The notes: generated by a model not told the origin, from the sequence alone. Positions 44,366-54,817 are shown, counted from the stretch's first letter. The stretch: DNA of 64,000 bases from an uncultured Verrucomicrobiae bacterium (GCA_963788655.1 CAWBHS010000057.1:296469-360468), one strand, 5' to 3'. Translations and numbers: made by a program.

Positions 44366-47300
44366 ATGAAGATTCGACATGTCTGTTCAGTGATAACGGG
44401 ACTATGGCTGCTGAGCAGCGCCGGCACTGCTGAGGCCGCGCCTATTCTCGGCCAGGTGCTCTCGCTCGACAGCCCGGATCAATGGGTTTTGGCCGCCGAC
44501 CCGGAAAATGTCGGCAAGCAGCAAGCGTGGTGGAGCCGCCCGCAAACCAACGCCAAACCGGTGCGAGTTCCCGGCATCATGCAGGAAACGCTGGGCGAAT
44601 ACCACGGCGTGGCCTGGTATTGGCGCCCGGTGAAGGTCCCGCGCAATCCGCATCCGGAGGGACGCTATATTCTGCGTTTCTGGAGCATCGATTACGCCAT
44701 CGAGGTTTGGGTCAACGGTAAATTCGCTGGCAATCACGAAGGCGTCGATACGATGGTCGAATTTGACGTGACTGAAGCGATCCGTCCGGAAGCGGACAAC
44801 CTGGTGGCGGTGCGGGTGATCAATCCCAGCAATACCCCGATCGACGGGTTTGCGATCCGCGCCTGTCCGGGGCGGAACAAGTCGGATCCATGGTCACCGG
44901 GGTCGTCCTACAACAGCGGCGGCATCCAGGATTCCGTCGAGTTACTGCTCGCGGCGCCGGTGCGAATCGAATCGCTTTACCTCAAGCCCGATTGGCAGAC
45001 CGGCGAGGTGGCGGCCAAGGTGAACGTGCGCAACGCCACGGACCAGCCGGTGAAGGGAAACCTGACGCTGAGCGTCGCGCTGGCTGCCGGCGGGGAAACA
45101 CTCGATCTCACCACCGACGGCCGCTGATCTCGCCCCAGGAGATACGCTGGTGAATGCCCACGTCCGCGTGCGCGACTTCCAACTGTGGGACCTCGATCAT
45201 CCGGTGCTCTACCGCGTCACAGCGCGGGTGCGGCGTGAGGGAAGCGAGTCGATCGACGAGAAGTCTGCCACGTGCGGCTTCCGCGATTTCCGATTTGCGG
45301 ATGGCTATTTCCGCCTGAACGGCAAACGGATTTTCCTCAAGAGCGCCCATTTTGGCGGAGAAGTGCCCCTGACCTACCTCGTGCCGCTCGATCCCGGGAT
45401 GCTGCGGAAGGATTTTCTCAGCATGAAGCTCATGGGCTTCAACATGGCCCGCTGCATCGCCGGACTGGGCCGGCGTTATATGATGGATCTGGCAGACGAG
45501 ATCGGCTTCCTGGTGTATGACGAATCGTATGCCGCGTGGTGCGTCGCGCCCTCGCCGCAGATGGCCGCCCGTTGGGACCAGACCACGGCCGGCATGATCC
45601 GGCGCGACCGTAACCATCCCTCCGTCGTCATCTGGGGATTGTTGAACGAGACGGGCAACGGCCCGGTGTTCATGCACGCGGTGGATTCCCTCGATTTCGT
45701 GAAGCAACTCGACGACACCCGCGTCGTGATGCTCAACAGCGGGCGTTTCGACGGCATGATGCTGGAACGTTCCGATGCGCCGCAACAGGTATTGCCGCAA
45801 GCCTGGGTGCAGGGGCGGGCTTTCCAGGTGCCCTTTGTCGCGCGCAACAGTTCGGGCGCCGACATCAACTACGACGGCTCAACCTTTCCGGCGGGCGCCC
45901 TTGCGCTGCACGTGGGCATGAGCGGGGAGCCGGCGGTACTCCGCTTTACCGCCCCCACTGATGGCGAGTATCACGTAACGGCCCGCTTCCAAGGCATCGC
46001 GGGATCGGCAGCGGGCGGGCCGGCCACCACCGGCGCCGGATACGTGGTGGCGGGCGGAAAAACCGTGTTTTCGGACAAGATCAATTGTGACGGACGCCCA
46101 AACGAAGCGTCATACGAAGGCCGCGCGACGCTCAAAAAGGGCGAAGTGATCGATGTCGTCTCCGGCTCGGGCAACGCCACCTTTAACAGCGACACGATCC
46201 GCGTGGACCTAACGGTCGCAGGCCCGGATGGAGTCGCCCACAATGCCACCAAGGACTGGTCCATCACGAACCAGAATCCCAACGGACTCTGGTCCTACGG
46301 CTATATGCCTGCCGGCGTCGTGGACTCCGGCAGATTCATCCCGTTCGAGCAGACCTTTGACGGAGTGCGCCGGAGCATTGGCAGCTTGAGCAATCCCGGC
46401 TCGAACGAATGGGAGGATGTGCTGGCCGACAAGCATCCGTATCAGCCATGCCCGCACACCGCACCCGGTCATCCACACGCTGCGCACGATCGACGGCGGG
46501 GGCCGGCCGCTGTTCATTTCCGAGTACGGCTTTGGCAGTGCCAACAACCTGTTCCACTTGCGGGGGCATTACCAGCAAGCCGCCGCCGGATACGCGTATG
46601 ATCGAAAAACGCTCGATGCGTTGTTCGGAAAATTCTCCGACGATTGGAACCGCTGGCAACTCGCCGATACGTTCGGCAACATGGAGAATTACTTCCGCCG
46701 CTGTATCGCGATGGAAGCGCAAGGCCGGCTCCTGGGCACCAGTGCCATTCGCGCCAACTCGAACGTCGTCGCCCACAGCCTCACCGCCTGTCACGACACG
46801 GTGATGGCAGCGGAAGGACTCATCACTTCCTTCCGCGAGCCCAAGCCGGGCGTGTTCGACGCGATGTGGGACGCCTGGGCGCCGCTGCGTTTCAGCGTCT
46901 TCGTCGAGCCGGTCCAGGCCGTCCGCGGCGGCTCGGTACATGTCGAAGCCGTGTTGGTCAATGAGGATGCCCTCAAACCAGGCAAATATCCGGTGCGCGT
47001 GCAAGTGATGGGGCCGGCCGGTTACTTCGCATTGGACACGTCCGCCTCGATCGAAATCCCCAAGACCCTGACCCGGCCGGAACCGCCGTTTGCGAAGCTG
47101 ATCTTCGCCAAGGAGGTCAAGCTCGACGGACCCGCGGGCCGCTACAAACTGTTTGCGTTCTTTGCGAACGGGGCGGCGGCGGAAGGCGGCGAATACACCT
47201 TCTGGGTGGACGATCCGGCCGCGATGCCCCAGGTGGATACAACGGTGACGCTGTGGGGAGAAGATAAGGGACTGGCGCGCTGGTTGACCGCAAAAGGAAT

Positions 47301-47925
47301 CAAAACCCAACCCTTCGGCCCCGTCGCAGTTCCGCGCGAGCTGATCCTGGTGGGACAGGTTCCCGGCGACGATTTCGCGGCGTTGACGAAGCGGATCGAG
47401 GCCGGAGCCACCGCGGTGTTCCTCTGTCCGTCCGTGTTCGCCCAGAAAGGCCAGCCGACCGCTTTGTTGCCACTGGCAAACAAAGGTAGCTTGGTGGCCG
47501 TCCATGACTGGCTCTACGAAAACAATGACTGGGCCAAAAGCCACCCGATCTTCAAGGGGCTGCCCACGGGCCTCCTTGATTACCAGTTCTACCGCGAGAT
47601 TCTCGGGGACACGTTTTACAGTGGCCAGGCTCCACCGGACGAAGTCGTCGCGGGGATGATCAACACGTCGATCGGTTACAGTTCCGGCCTTACGGTGGCG
47701 GTGTATCGGCTCGGGCAAGGTCGCCTCGTGCTCAACTCACTGCGCGTGCGGGAGAATCTGTCCGTCGAAAACTCCCACCCAGTGGCCGAGCGGCTGTTGC
47801 GAAACATGCTGAATTTTGCCAAGGCAGAATCGCCTGAGAAATGGCAGCGACACTTGCGATTGGCCGACTGGAGCGCGGCGTTCACGCCGCTTCAACGTGC
47901 GCAATTGCTGACGCCTCGGCGTTGA
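44366..47925 (+). CDS. Secreted GH2-family glycoside hydrolase with extra domains (frameshifts ~45120 and ~46460)
   Basis: YHGVAWY, HEG, GGIQDSV, GFRDF...LNGKRIF, MGFNMAR, RDRNHPSVVIWGLLNE (acid/base), FISEYG (nucleophile). Confidence 0.85.
47870..47894 (+). repeat. Single GGAGCGCGGCGTTCACGCCGCTTCA REP (same family as the REP inside the MITE)
   Basis: One mismatch to the MITE-internal REP; preceded at ~47845 by CAGCGACACTT, which resembles the MITE TIR. Confidence 0.7.
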
Positions 47926-48009
47926 AAGACGTCAGACACGGCAAAGGGATTTCCAAACGGATGCTTTCGGGTATTTTGCGTGGTTCGCGGTTCCTGTGTT
48001 CTTTCCACC

Positions 48010-48105
48010 ATGAATTCCGACCTATTGTTCAAAGCAGAAAGCTACAAAATCATTGGCGCGTGCTTCGAGGTTTACCGGGAGAAAGGTTGCGGCTTCCTGG
48101 AACCG
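48010..48105 (+). pseudogene. 5' fragment of a GxxExxY protein gene
   Basis: MNSDLLFKAESYKIIGACFEVYREKGCGFLEP, truncated inside the GxxExxY motif. Confidence 0.8.
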
Positions 48106-48620
48106 CGTCTCCGCGCTGGAATGTTCATCCGGAAAAATGAGGATCAAGCGCCTACGCCACCTCCGCGAACTCGTGCAGGAACAGCCCGTACCTTACCGCC
48201 CGCCTTGGCGGTGAACACGGCCGCGTTGCGCCACATCTCCGCCCGACGGTGGTGAACAATCCGCTGTGGCCCAGCCGCACCCACCAGCGTCGAGTGAAGG
48301 CTCTGCACCGGGCCGTCGAAGGTGATCGCCACCACCTTACCTTTCGGTTCGGGCGCGTCTTCGTAATCGCGGTTGAACTGCGACGGGAAGACCAGATAGC
48401 GCCTGTCATCCGCGCTTTCCCGCAACGCCAGGTGCGTACCGGACCAGTTCCTCGGTCGTCGCGTGCAACAGCAACTGCTCCTGGCCGGTGTCCGTGACCT
48501 TCTGCTCCTTCGGCACAAAGAACTTGCCGGCCAAGGCGATTTCTTCCGCCAGCGAACCGAGGCCGTCCGGCTCCTCCTTGACCGTGTTGACCATCGCGGA
48601 GGCTGCCGTGCTGGCGCCGG
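48098..48620 (-). pseudogene. Internal fragment resembling the COR-region of large TIR/Roc-COR proteins
   Basis: ASAMVNTVKEEPDGLGSLAEE...EQLLLHATTEEL..., LVFPSQFNRD, FDGPVQSLHSTL-VRLGHSG, MWRNAAVF, across several frames. Family assignment is from recall. Confidence 0.5.
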
Positions 48621-48984
48621 TCCAAATTCCGCCGTCCGATTATCTGGGTCACCCGGCGTGGCGGCAGCGAATCGAGGTGCTACGCGAAGCCGGGCGACAA
48701 CTGCGCACGTTCCACCGCCCCGACCCAACGACAACCTTTTGTCGCGTATGCAACAAAAGGTTGTCAGACTCAATCGCGTTGCAGTTGGCGATGTTCGGCG
48801 GACGGTGAACCAAAGGTAGCCGCGGGGCGGCAAGAAGCATATGGGCCTGCCCAAGCGTCATAATTCCGAACAAATAGCTTTCTACTCAGTGGAGACAGGC
48901 AGAACCTTGATGCCAATGAACCAACTGAAAAAGCGATTCTCCGTGATCCGCGGAGCGTCAAAAAAGCAACCTGCCATCAGTTGC

Positions 48985-49330
48985 ATGATAGCGTGCGGTA
49001 GGGATTCATATCTGAAAGCCGTCGAGAGGCAATGTGTCCCGATCATTGAGGGCTACCTGGCCTACAAGGACAGGAATCCGATCATTCTGTTGGATGTGAC
49101 AGAGAGAAGATTTACGTCTATCGGTACGAGGAGTTCAAGAAGGGGCTGAGTGAGCGCGGGCAGACGTCACTGGCCGAGCAGTACAACCGGGTGCTCAGGG
49201 AAGAGCAGTTCATTATCTTTGTGCGGGACCGTAAGAAGAAGAAGCTCCTATCGTATTCTCTGGAGCGGCCTGTCGTGAAGTGGCGATATAAATTGGAACA
49301 GGCAGAGACGCCTCCTCCGAGCATGGCAGA
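48985..49330 (+). pseudogene. Hypothetical protein (frameshift ~49108) running into the ISAzo13 transposase
   Basis: PIILLDVTERKIYVYRYEEFKKGLSERGQTSLAEQY...FVRDRKKKKLLSYSL is continuous after one frameshift. Confidence 0.5.
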
Positions 49331-49371
49331 ACAGCTGAGGGGTGAGCACAGAAGCGGTAGCGCGCGGCAGC

Positions 49372-50431
49372 CTACCGTGTACGCCGGCTGGGCGGCGGGC
49401 GAAAGTTGACGGAGGTGAAGGATCCCGCCATAGTTCCGAAGTTGGAGCGTTTGCTTCAAGACCAAAATGAGGTTGGCGGGAGTCCATATGACCGAACAGA
49501 AATGGATTCGGAGCAGCCTTCGTCGGTTGAGCGAGCAGTTGAGAGCCGAAGGGCATCCAGCGAGCACCGGAACGGTTGGCCGCCTGCTAAGAGAAATGGG
49601 CTTTTCCTTGAAGGCAAATCAGAGAAAGCAGGGTCGGTCCGGGATGCCCCGAAAGGGACGAGCAGTTCAGGTACATCGCAGCCCAGAAACAATGTTTCAT
49701 CGCGGCCAGCTTGCCCGTCATTAGTATCGATACAAAGAAGAAGGAGTTGATAGGCCCTTTCAGGAGCAAGGGGAAAACGTGGTGTAGGCAAGCGGAGGAG
49801 GTCAACGAGCATGACTTCCCTGGTGTGACTAAGTCCCCGAGCTGTTCCCTTTGGAATCTACGACATCGCGAAGAATCAGGGACATGTCTATGTCGGTGTG
49901 TCGAACAACACGCCGGAATTCGCGGTCTGCTCCATTGCGCGCTGGTGGCAGGGTAAGGGACGTCGCTCGTATCCAGGCGCAAGGGGAGTGCTCGTGTTGG
50001 CAGATAGTGGGGGAAGCAATGGCTGCCGAGCGCGGGCCTGGAAACTCAGCGTCCAAGAGAGTCTTTGCGATGAGTTTGGCCTGTCAGTGACCGTCTGCCA
50101 CTTTCCAACGGGGTGTTCGAAATGGAACCCTGTCGAGCACCGCCTGTTCAGCTACATCAGCAAGAATTGGGAGGGGAAGCCGCTGAAGACCCTGGAGATT
50201 ATGTTGGCATGTACTACAGGGTACAAGATTACGGCGACTGGATTAAAGGTCACAGCCTTTCTTGATGAAGGAGCCTACACGAAAGGCCGAAAAGTGACGA
50301 GCGGGGATTTCGAAGGCCTCAATGTGGAATCTCATACGGTCTGTCCCAAGTGGAATTACACCCTGCGTCCGAGGCGGTTCGGCAACAAGAACCAGATTAC
50401 TTGTGGGACCGGGTTGGCTCACGACGAGTGA
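49372..50431 (+). mobile_element. ISAzo13-family DDE transposase (frameshifted, N-terminus missing)
   Basis: RVRRLGGGRK, GFSLKAN, RDEQF, PVISIDTKKKEL, HDFP, ADSGGSNG, HFPTGCSKWNPVEHRLFS, WNYTL. Confidence 0.9.
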
Positions 50432-50438
50432 TGGTGCC

Positions 50439-50945
50439 ATGACCTTCGTCACCATTGATTTCGAAACGGCCGACCATGGCCCTGACAGCGCCTGCGCAAT
50501 CGGCCTCGTCCGCGCTTCCGACGATAGAATCGTTACGCGGAAATGCTACCTGGTGCGCCCACCGAGGCAGTCCTTCTTTTTTTCGGACATACATGGAATC
50601 ACTTGGGAAAAAGTCTGCGACCAGCCGACTTTCGCTGCTGTGTGGCCCGAAATCCAAGAACTGATTCTTGGCGCGGAGTTCCTTGCCTCACACGGCGCGA
50701 GCTTTGACCGCCGCGTCCTCAAGTCCTGTTGCCAGGTGGCAAACGTAATCTCGCCACAAATACCCCATGTCTGTACGGTGAAGCTCGCCCGTAACACTTG
50801 GGGCATCCACCCTACCAATCTTTCCATGGTCTGTAGGCATCTGGGACTCCGACTAAATCACCACGAGGCTCTCTCGGATGCTGAGGCATGTGCAGGAATC
50901 GTAATTGCGGCCCGTAAGTGCGGAGCGGAAATCTGCCTGTCGTGA
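50439..50945 (+). CDS. DEDDh 3'-5' exonuclease (DNA polymerase III epsilon-like)
   Basis: IDFETA, SHGASFD, CTVKLAR, HHEALSDAEAC. Confidence 0.9.
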   Translation: MTFVTIDFETADHGPDSACAIGLVRASDDRIVTRKCYLVRPPRQSFFFSDIHGITWEKVCDQPTFAAVWPEIQELILGAEFLASHGASFDRRVLKSCCQVANVISPQIPHVCTVKLARNTWGIHPTNLSMVCRHLGLRLNHHEALSDAEACAGIVIAARKCGAEICLS

Positions 50946-51069
50946 CCGGCTCGCTGATCTCCCCGCGCTGTTCTGATAAGATCACTCGGAATTGAGTTAG
51001 ACCAATTCGTGGCGGGGGAGTTCCTGAGCCACCCGTTGCGGCTATTTCCGAACAGCGGGTCCATTCTAT

Positions 51070-51192
51070 TCGGGCGTTTTCGTCCATCCGAATCAGTGGC
51101 GGCCAAAGGTGTTTGCAGCTTTCGCCGGGGAGTTTCTTCGTCGCATCCAGGCCGAGTATGCTGCCGAGGGCGGTTTCACTGGTGGCGTGCTC
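51070..51192 (-). pseudogene. 3'-end fragment resembling a UbiD-family (menaquinone pathway) decarboxylase
   Basis: Minus-strand translation EHATSETALGSILGLDATKKLPGESCKHLWPPLIRMD resembles the UbiD C-terminal GSKxGIDATxK motif. Confidence 0.6.
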
Positions 51193-51526
51193 CGCCGCAG
51201 GGTGTCCGGGAGTTTGCAGTCAGCCAGCAGGAGCGGGATGAATCGGCGTTCGGCGTTGGACGGATCGCGAAACAGCACGGTGCTGCGCTCCAGCCCCACC
51301 CAGTCCGATCCCAACGCCGCCGGTGACAGGCAGGACACCAGCGTGCGCGACGCTTCCAGCCTGCGCTCGATGGCCAGGTAAATACCGTCCCCCGGCTGGA
51401 TGACCCACTCATCAAACCACACGCGCAGCCCCGTCGCCCGCAGCCGTTTTCTGCTAGCCGCCGCACCCGCGGCTTGTCCGCATGGTTGTGGCTCAGGAAA
51501 ACGTCGTATTGGAAGGCTGTGGTCAT
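51190..51526 (-). pseudogene. N-terminal TIR domain of a truncated gene (frameshift ~51448)
   Basis: YDVFLSHNHADK, VWFDEW, LSPAALGSDWVGLE, RFIPLLL; ends abruptly at DTLRR. Confidence 0.8.
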
Positions 51527-51535
51527 GGCGGGAGG

Positions 51536-51931
51536 TCAGAGCGGGTTCTCAGCGATACCGGCAGCCCACGGTTTCTTGCCGAGTTTTCCATCCAGAGTCG
51601 CGAGTTTAAGGCCGTGGCTAGCAGCCAATCGCACCAGATGAGCGTCCGTCACGTCCTTGCTGGTGGAAAGTGCCGGCAGCGAGTCCGCCCGAGTAGCGTC
51701 GGTGATAAAACGATGCGCCTTTAATTGCAGGATCGCGGCCAGAGCCGTCCTGGCATCCGCGAAGGAAGCGCCGTAAGCTTGGCTCATGCTCACCCGCAAG
51801 AATCCCATCTGGGTGATCGGCGTGGTGGCAAAGGCGGCCGTGGCGTTCAACCAGCGGTTGGCGCGGGCGTGATCTGCGTGGCCCGCCCAGGCGCAGGCGA
51901 GCAAAAGATTCACGTCCAGGAGATGGCTCAC
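51536..51931 (-). CDS. vapC: VapC-family PIN toxin
   Basis: LLDVNLLLA, GFLRVS, VTDAHL..LA, LATLD. Confidence 0.88.
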   Translation of the reverse strand: MSHLLDVNLLLACAWAGHADHARANRWLNATAAFATTPITQMGFLRVSMSQAYGASFADARTALAAILQLKAHRFITDATRADSLPALSTSKDVTDAHLVRLAASHGLKLATLDGKLGKKPWAAGIAENPL

Positions 51932-52179
51932 GAGAGATCCTCCAGGACGGCTTTGACCCGCTCCGGAGTCATAGGCGGCGCACTTGTTGGCGCGACCAGC
52001 ACGGGCCGTCCGAACTTTCCTCGAACTAGCCGGGCGCGTTTGGGTTGGTCGCGTTGCAGGATGAGCTTCTCACCCACCACGGCAAACGAAACCTTGTCGC
52101 CCGGCTGGAGATGCAGGGCCTTGCGGAACCGGTTGGGAATTACCAACTGACCTTTGGTAGAAAGCGTTGCCGTGCTCAT
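51928..52179 (-). CDS. vapB: AbrB/MazE/SpoVT-family antitoxin
   Basis: TLSTKGQLVIPNRFRKALHLQPGDKV; 4-nt overlap with the toxin. Confidence 0.9.
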   Translation of the reverse strand: MSTATLSTKGQLVIPNRFRKALHLQPGDKVSFAVVGEKLILQRDQPKRARLVRGKFGRPVLVAPTSAPPMTPERVKAVLEDLS

Positions 52180-52405
52180 GCCGAAATTCTTACCTGTCTT
52201 ACACCAAGGTGCAATGGGTTTTTTCCGGACTGGGGCGTTCGCCCAGAAGGGTGCGACAATATCAAGCGGTGACCGGCGTTGGACGGGTCGCGGAACATGC
52301 TGAACTTCGCCCAGTCAGAGGTGCGGCAGGAGATTTCATGCCAGAAAAAAGTCGCGAAAATCCGTAAACCTGTCGCAGAATGACGTCCGTATCAGAAACA
52401 TCGCG

Positions 52406-54499
52406 ATGAGAACTCGAATTCAACCTGCGCGGCACTGCTGTATTGCGCTTGCCGTGGCAGTATTTTACTCACTCCCAGCAATTCATGCTGCCGACATGCC
52501 AAGCCTTGCCCCCTCAGCGGCACGCAAGGGCATTGCCCTCCATGTGTCCAAGCTGGGTGACAATTCAGACGGACGCAGTTGGCAGACGGCTTTTCACACC
52601 ATTCAAAAAGCGCTGAATGCCGTGCCGGATAACCAGGGCGGCCATCACATCATCATTCGCCCGGACACCTACGCGGAGGCCAATCTGTATCCGGCGCACC
52701 CCGGGGCGGCCGGCGCATACAACGTGCTCGAAGGCGATTGGGATGGCCGCCTCGGTTCAGGGGCCACGGGCTGGGTGGTGATCGATTCCGGCGCGCCGCA
52801 GGTCGTTGTGCGCACCAATCCCAAAGCGTCCACCGGCAATCCCGCCTTCATGATCCTGCCGGGCGGAGAGCCAGATAAAGAGACGGGCTTGAAGAGTGTC
52901 GATTGGTGGGGCCCGTGGCGTTGCGACCCCAGCTTCTCCGCGGCGATCTGGGACCGCTGGGAGTTTCACCGCCTTTACGCAACCGGCTCGGAGGGCGGGA
53001 TGGGCTGGGACATGACCTGCCGGGCGGGTTGTGAGTTCTCGGTCATCGTGGAAGACTGTGTCGGCCTGGGCCGGTTTGCGGGCGCGAGTGTCATGGGCCA
53101 CGTGAACCGCCCCGAGGAACCGGTGGTATTCCGCCGCTCGTTCTTCATGTGTCTCGATGTGTGGGGGGACGCCGGCGGGGCCTATGTGCGCGCCCACAAT
53201 AAGGTCATGCCCAAAACGCCCGACGCGGTGTTCGAGGATTGCACGATTGTGGGACCGGACAACGCGCTCCAGGTGGGTTATCCGAACTTCGAGGGTTACT
53301 CGCGGGTGAAGTTCACGAACTGCCGGTTAATCGTCCTCAACTTCTCCCAGCCCCACGGCACGCCGGCCACCGGGGTGATCTACAGCGACCTGAAGGGCAA
53401 GTTCCTGCACGTCGATCTGGAGAATTGCACGTTGATGGGCTACAAAATCTTTGGTGCGCTGAACGACGACCTCTTCACTTACACCACCACCGGCACGAAC
53501 CGCGCCTACGTTCAATACCGCCAATCCGTGCCGGCCGGTTTCGAGCGTCTGCAGTTCTGGCCGGTTGAGGCGTTCAGCGACCTGCTGCCGGCGCGGTTCG
53601 TCCGTCCCGGAATGGCGGACCTCGGCCGGCCCAAGCTGATCAAGTTGCCCTTCGCCCTGAGCCGCACGATGGAGAACACGCCGGTCCTTTACCAGTCGCG
53701 GCCCCTGCTCGTACTCAACCATCGCGACGATACCAAGGGCAACACCGATGATTACACGAACAGCATGCATCTCTACATTCGGGATTTGACAACGGGCGAG
53801 GAGGTGGCGCGCTTCGGCACCGGGTTTTCCTTTGCGAACGCGTTTGTCCGCGGCCCGGAACTGAACGTCTTCGCGAGCGAGGGAAGCAACCGCGATTGGT
53901 TTCAGAGCATTTATCGCTTCTGGTCCACGAACCTCACCAACTGGAACCGGGAACTGGCCGTTCCGAAGGAGGAAGGCGAACACCTTTTCAACACCTCCGT
54001 TTGCCAGGATGCGCAAGGTTATCTCATAGCGTATGAAGCGGACAAGCCGGTTAAATTCTGCTTCAAGTTTGCGCGCTCGAAAGATTTGTCGCATTGGGAG
54101 AAGCTTCCGGGCTTGACCTTCACCGGCGCCAACCACGAGTACAGCGCCTGTCCGGTCATTCGCTACTTTGCCCCCTATTACTACGTCATTTATCTCCACC
54201 AGGCCGTGCCGGGCCATAAAGGCTGGATTTCCTTTCTCGCCCGCTCAGCCGACCTCGCCACCTGGGAACTGAGCCCGTTCAACCCGATCCTCGAAGCCGG
54301 CCCCGGCGAAGGAATCAACAACTCGGACGTGGACCTGTTCGAATACGAAGGAAACACCTACTTGTTTTACGCCACCGGGGATCAAGCCACGTGGGGTGCA
54401 GTGCGGGTGGCTCAGTTTGCCGGCCCAATGAAAGAATTTTTCGTCCGCCACTTTCCTGAAGGGGCACCCGTTGTCAGAGTGAGCGCGCGCCAACCGTGA
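52406..54499 (+). CDS. Secreted two-domain protein: beta-helix-like N-domain plus beta-propeller glycoside-hydrolase-like C-domain
   Basis: HVSKLGDNSDGRSWQTAFHTIQKA (pectin-lyase-fold start); Asp-box-like FARSKDLSHW and ARSADLATW; NNSDVD. Confidence 0.65.
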   Translation: MRTRIQPARHCCIALAVAVFYSLPAIHAADMPSLAPSAARKGIALHVSKLGDNSDGRSWQTAFHTIQKALNAVPDNQGGHHIIIRPDTYAEANLYPAHPGAAGAYNVLEGDWDGRLGSGATGWVVIDSGAPQVVVRTNPKASTGNPAFMILPGGEPDKETGLKSVDWWGPWRCDPSFSAAIWDRWEFHRLYATGSEGGMGWDMTCRAGCEFSVIVEDCVGLGRFAGASVMGHVNRPEEPVVFRRSFFMCLDVWGDAGGAYVRAHNKVMPKTPDAVFEDCTIVGPDNALQVGYPNFEGYSRVKFTNCRLIVLNFSQPHGTPATGVIYSDLKGKFLHVDLENCTLMGYKIFGALNDDLFTYTTTGTNRAYVQYRQSVPAGFERLQFWPVEAFSDLLPARFVRPGMADLGRPKLIKLPFALSRTMENTPVLYQSRPLLVLNHRDDTKGNTDDYTNSMHLYIRDLTTGEEVARFGTGFSFANAFVRGPELNVFASEGSNRDWFQSIYRFWSTNLTNWNRELAVPKEEGEHLFNTSVCQDAQGYLIAYEADKPVKFCFKFARSKDLSHWEKLPGLTFTGANHEYSACPVIRYFAPYYYVIYLHQAVPGHKGWISFLARSADLATWELSPFNPILEAGPGEGINNSDVDLFEYEGNTYLFYATGDQATWGAVRVAQFAGPMKEFFVRHFPEGAPVVRVSARQP

Positions 54500-54521
54500 G
54501 GGTGTGTTTGGGAATTCCGGG

Positions 54522-54810
54522 TTGGAGTCCCGCCTTCAGGCGGTACGGTGTCCGCCCGCCGGAGAGTGTTGAAATCATACCAGCGCGCCAAGTCTGCCGG
54601 CGTATTACCGGCTGAAGCCGGGACTCCAAACGGTGACGCGTCCCTGATCGCCCATTCTGGAACGGTGTGCCGTCCGTCGCGCCAGCGTTTGGAGTGCGTC
54701 CGGCTTGCCGGCGCTTTCGCCCGGGGAGAGGCGGCCAACGCGTTGCAGCCGGCGCCTTTAGTTTTTGCACACGCGGTGTCCAATGAAAGCGGGAGCAAGC
54801 TCCACGCACT
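54522..54810. repeat. Two consecutive inverted REP doublets (GGAGTCCC type and GGAGTGCG type)
   Basis: 54522-54543 pairs with 54608-54629; 54688-54717 pairs with 54786-54810; each unit has its own internal hairpin; located between convergent genes. Confidence 0.75.
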
Positions 54811-54817
54811 GGCGTAA

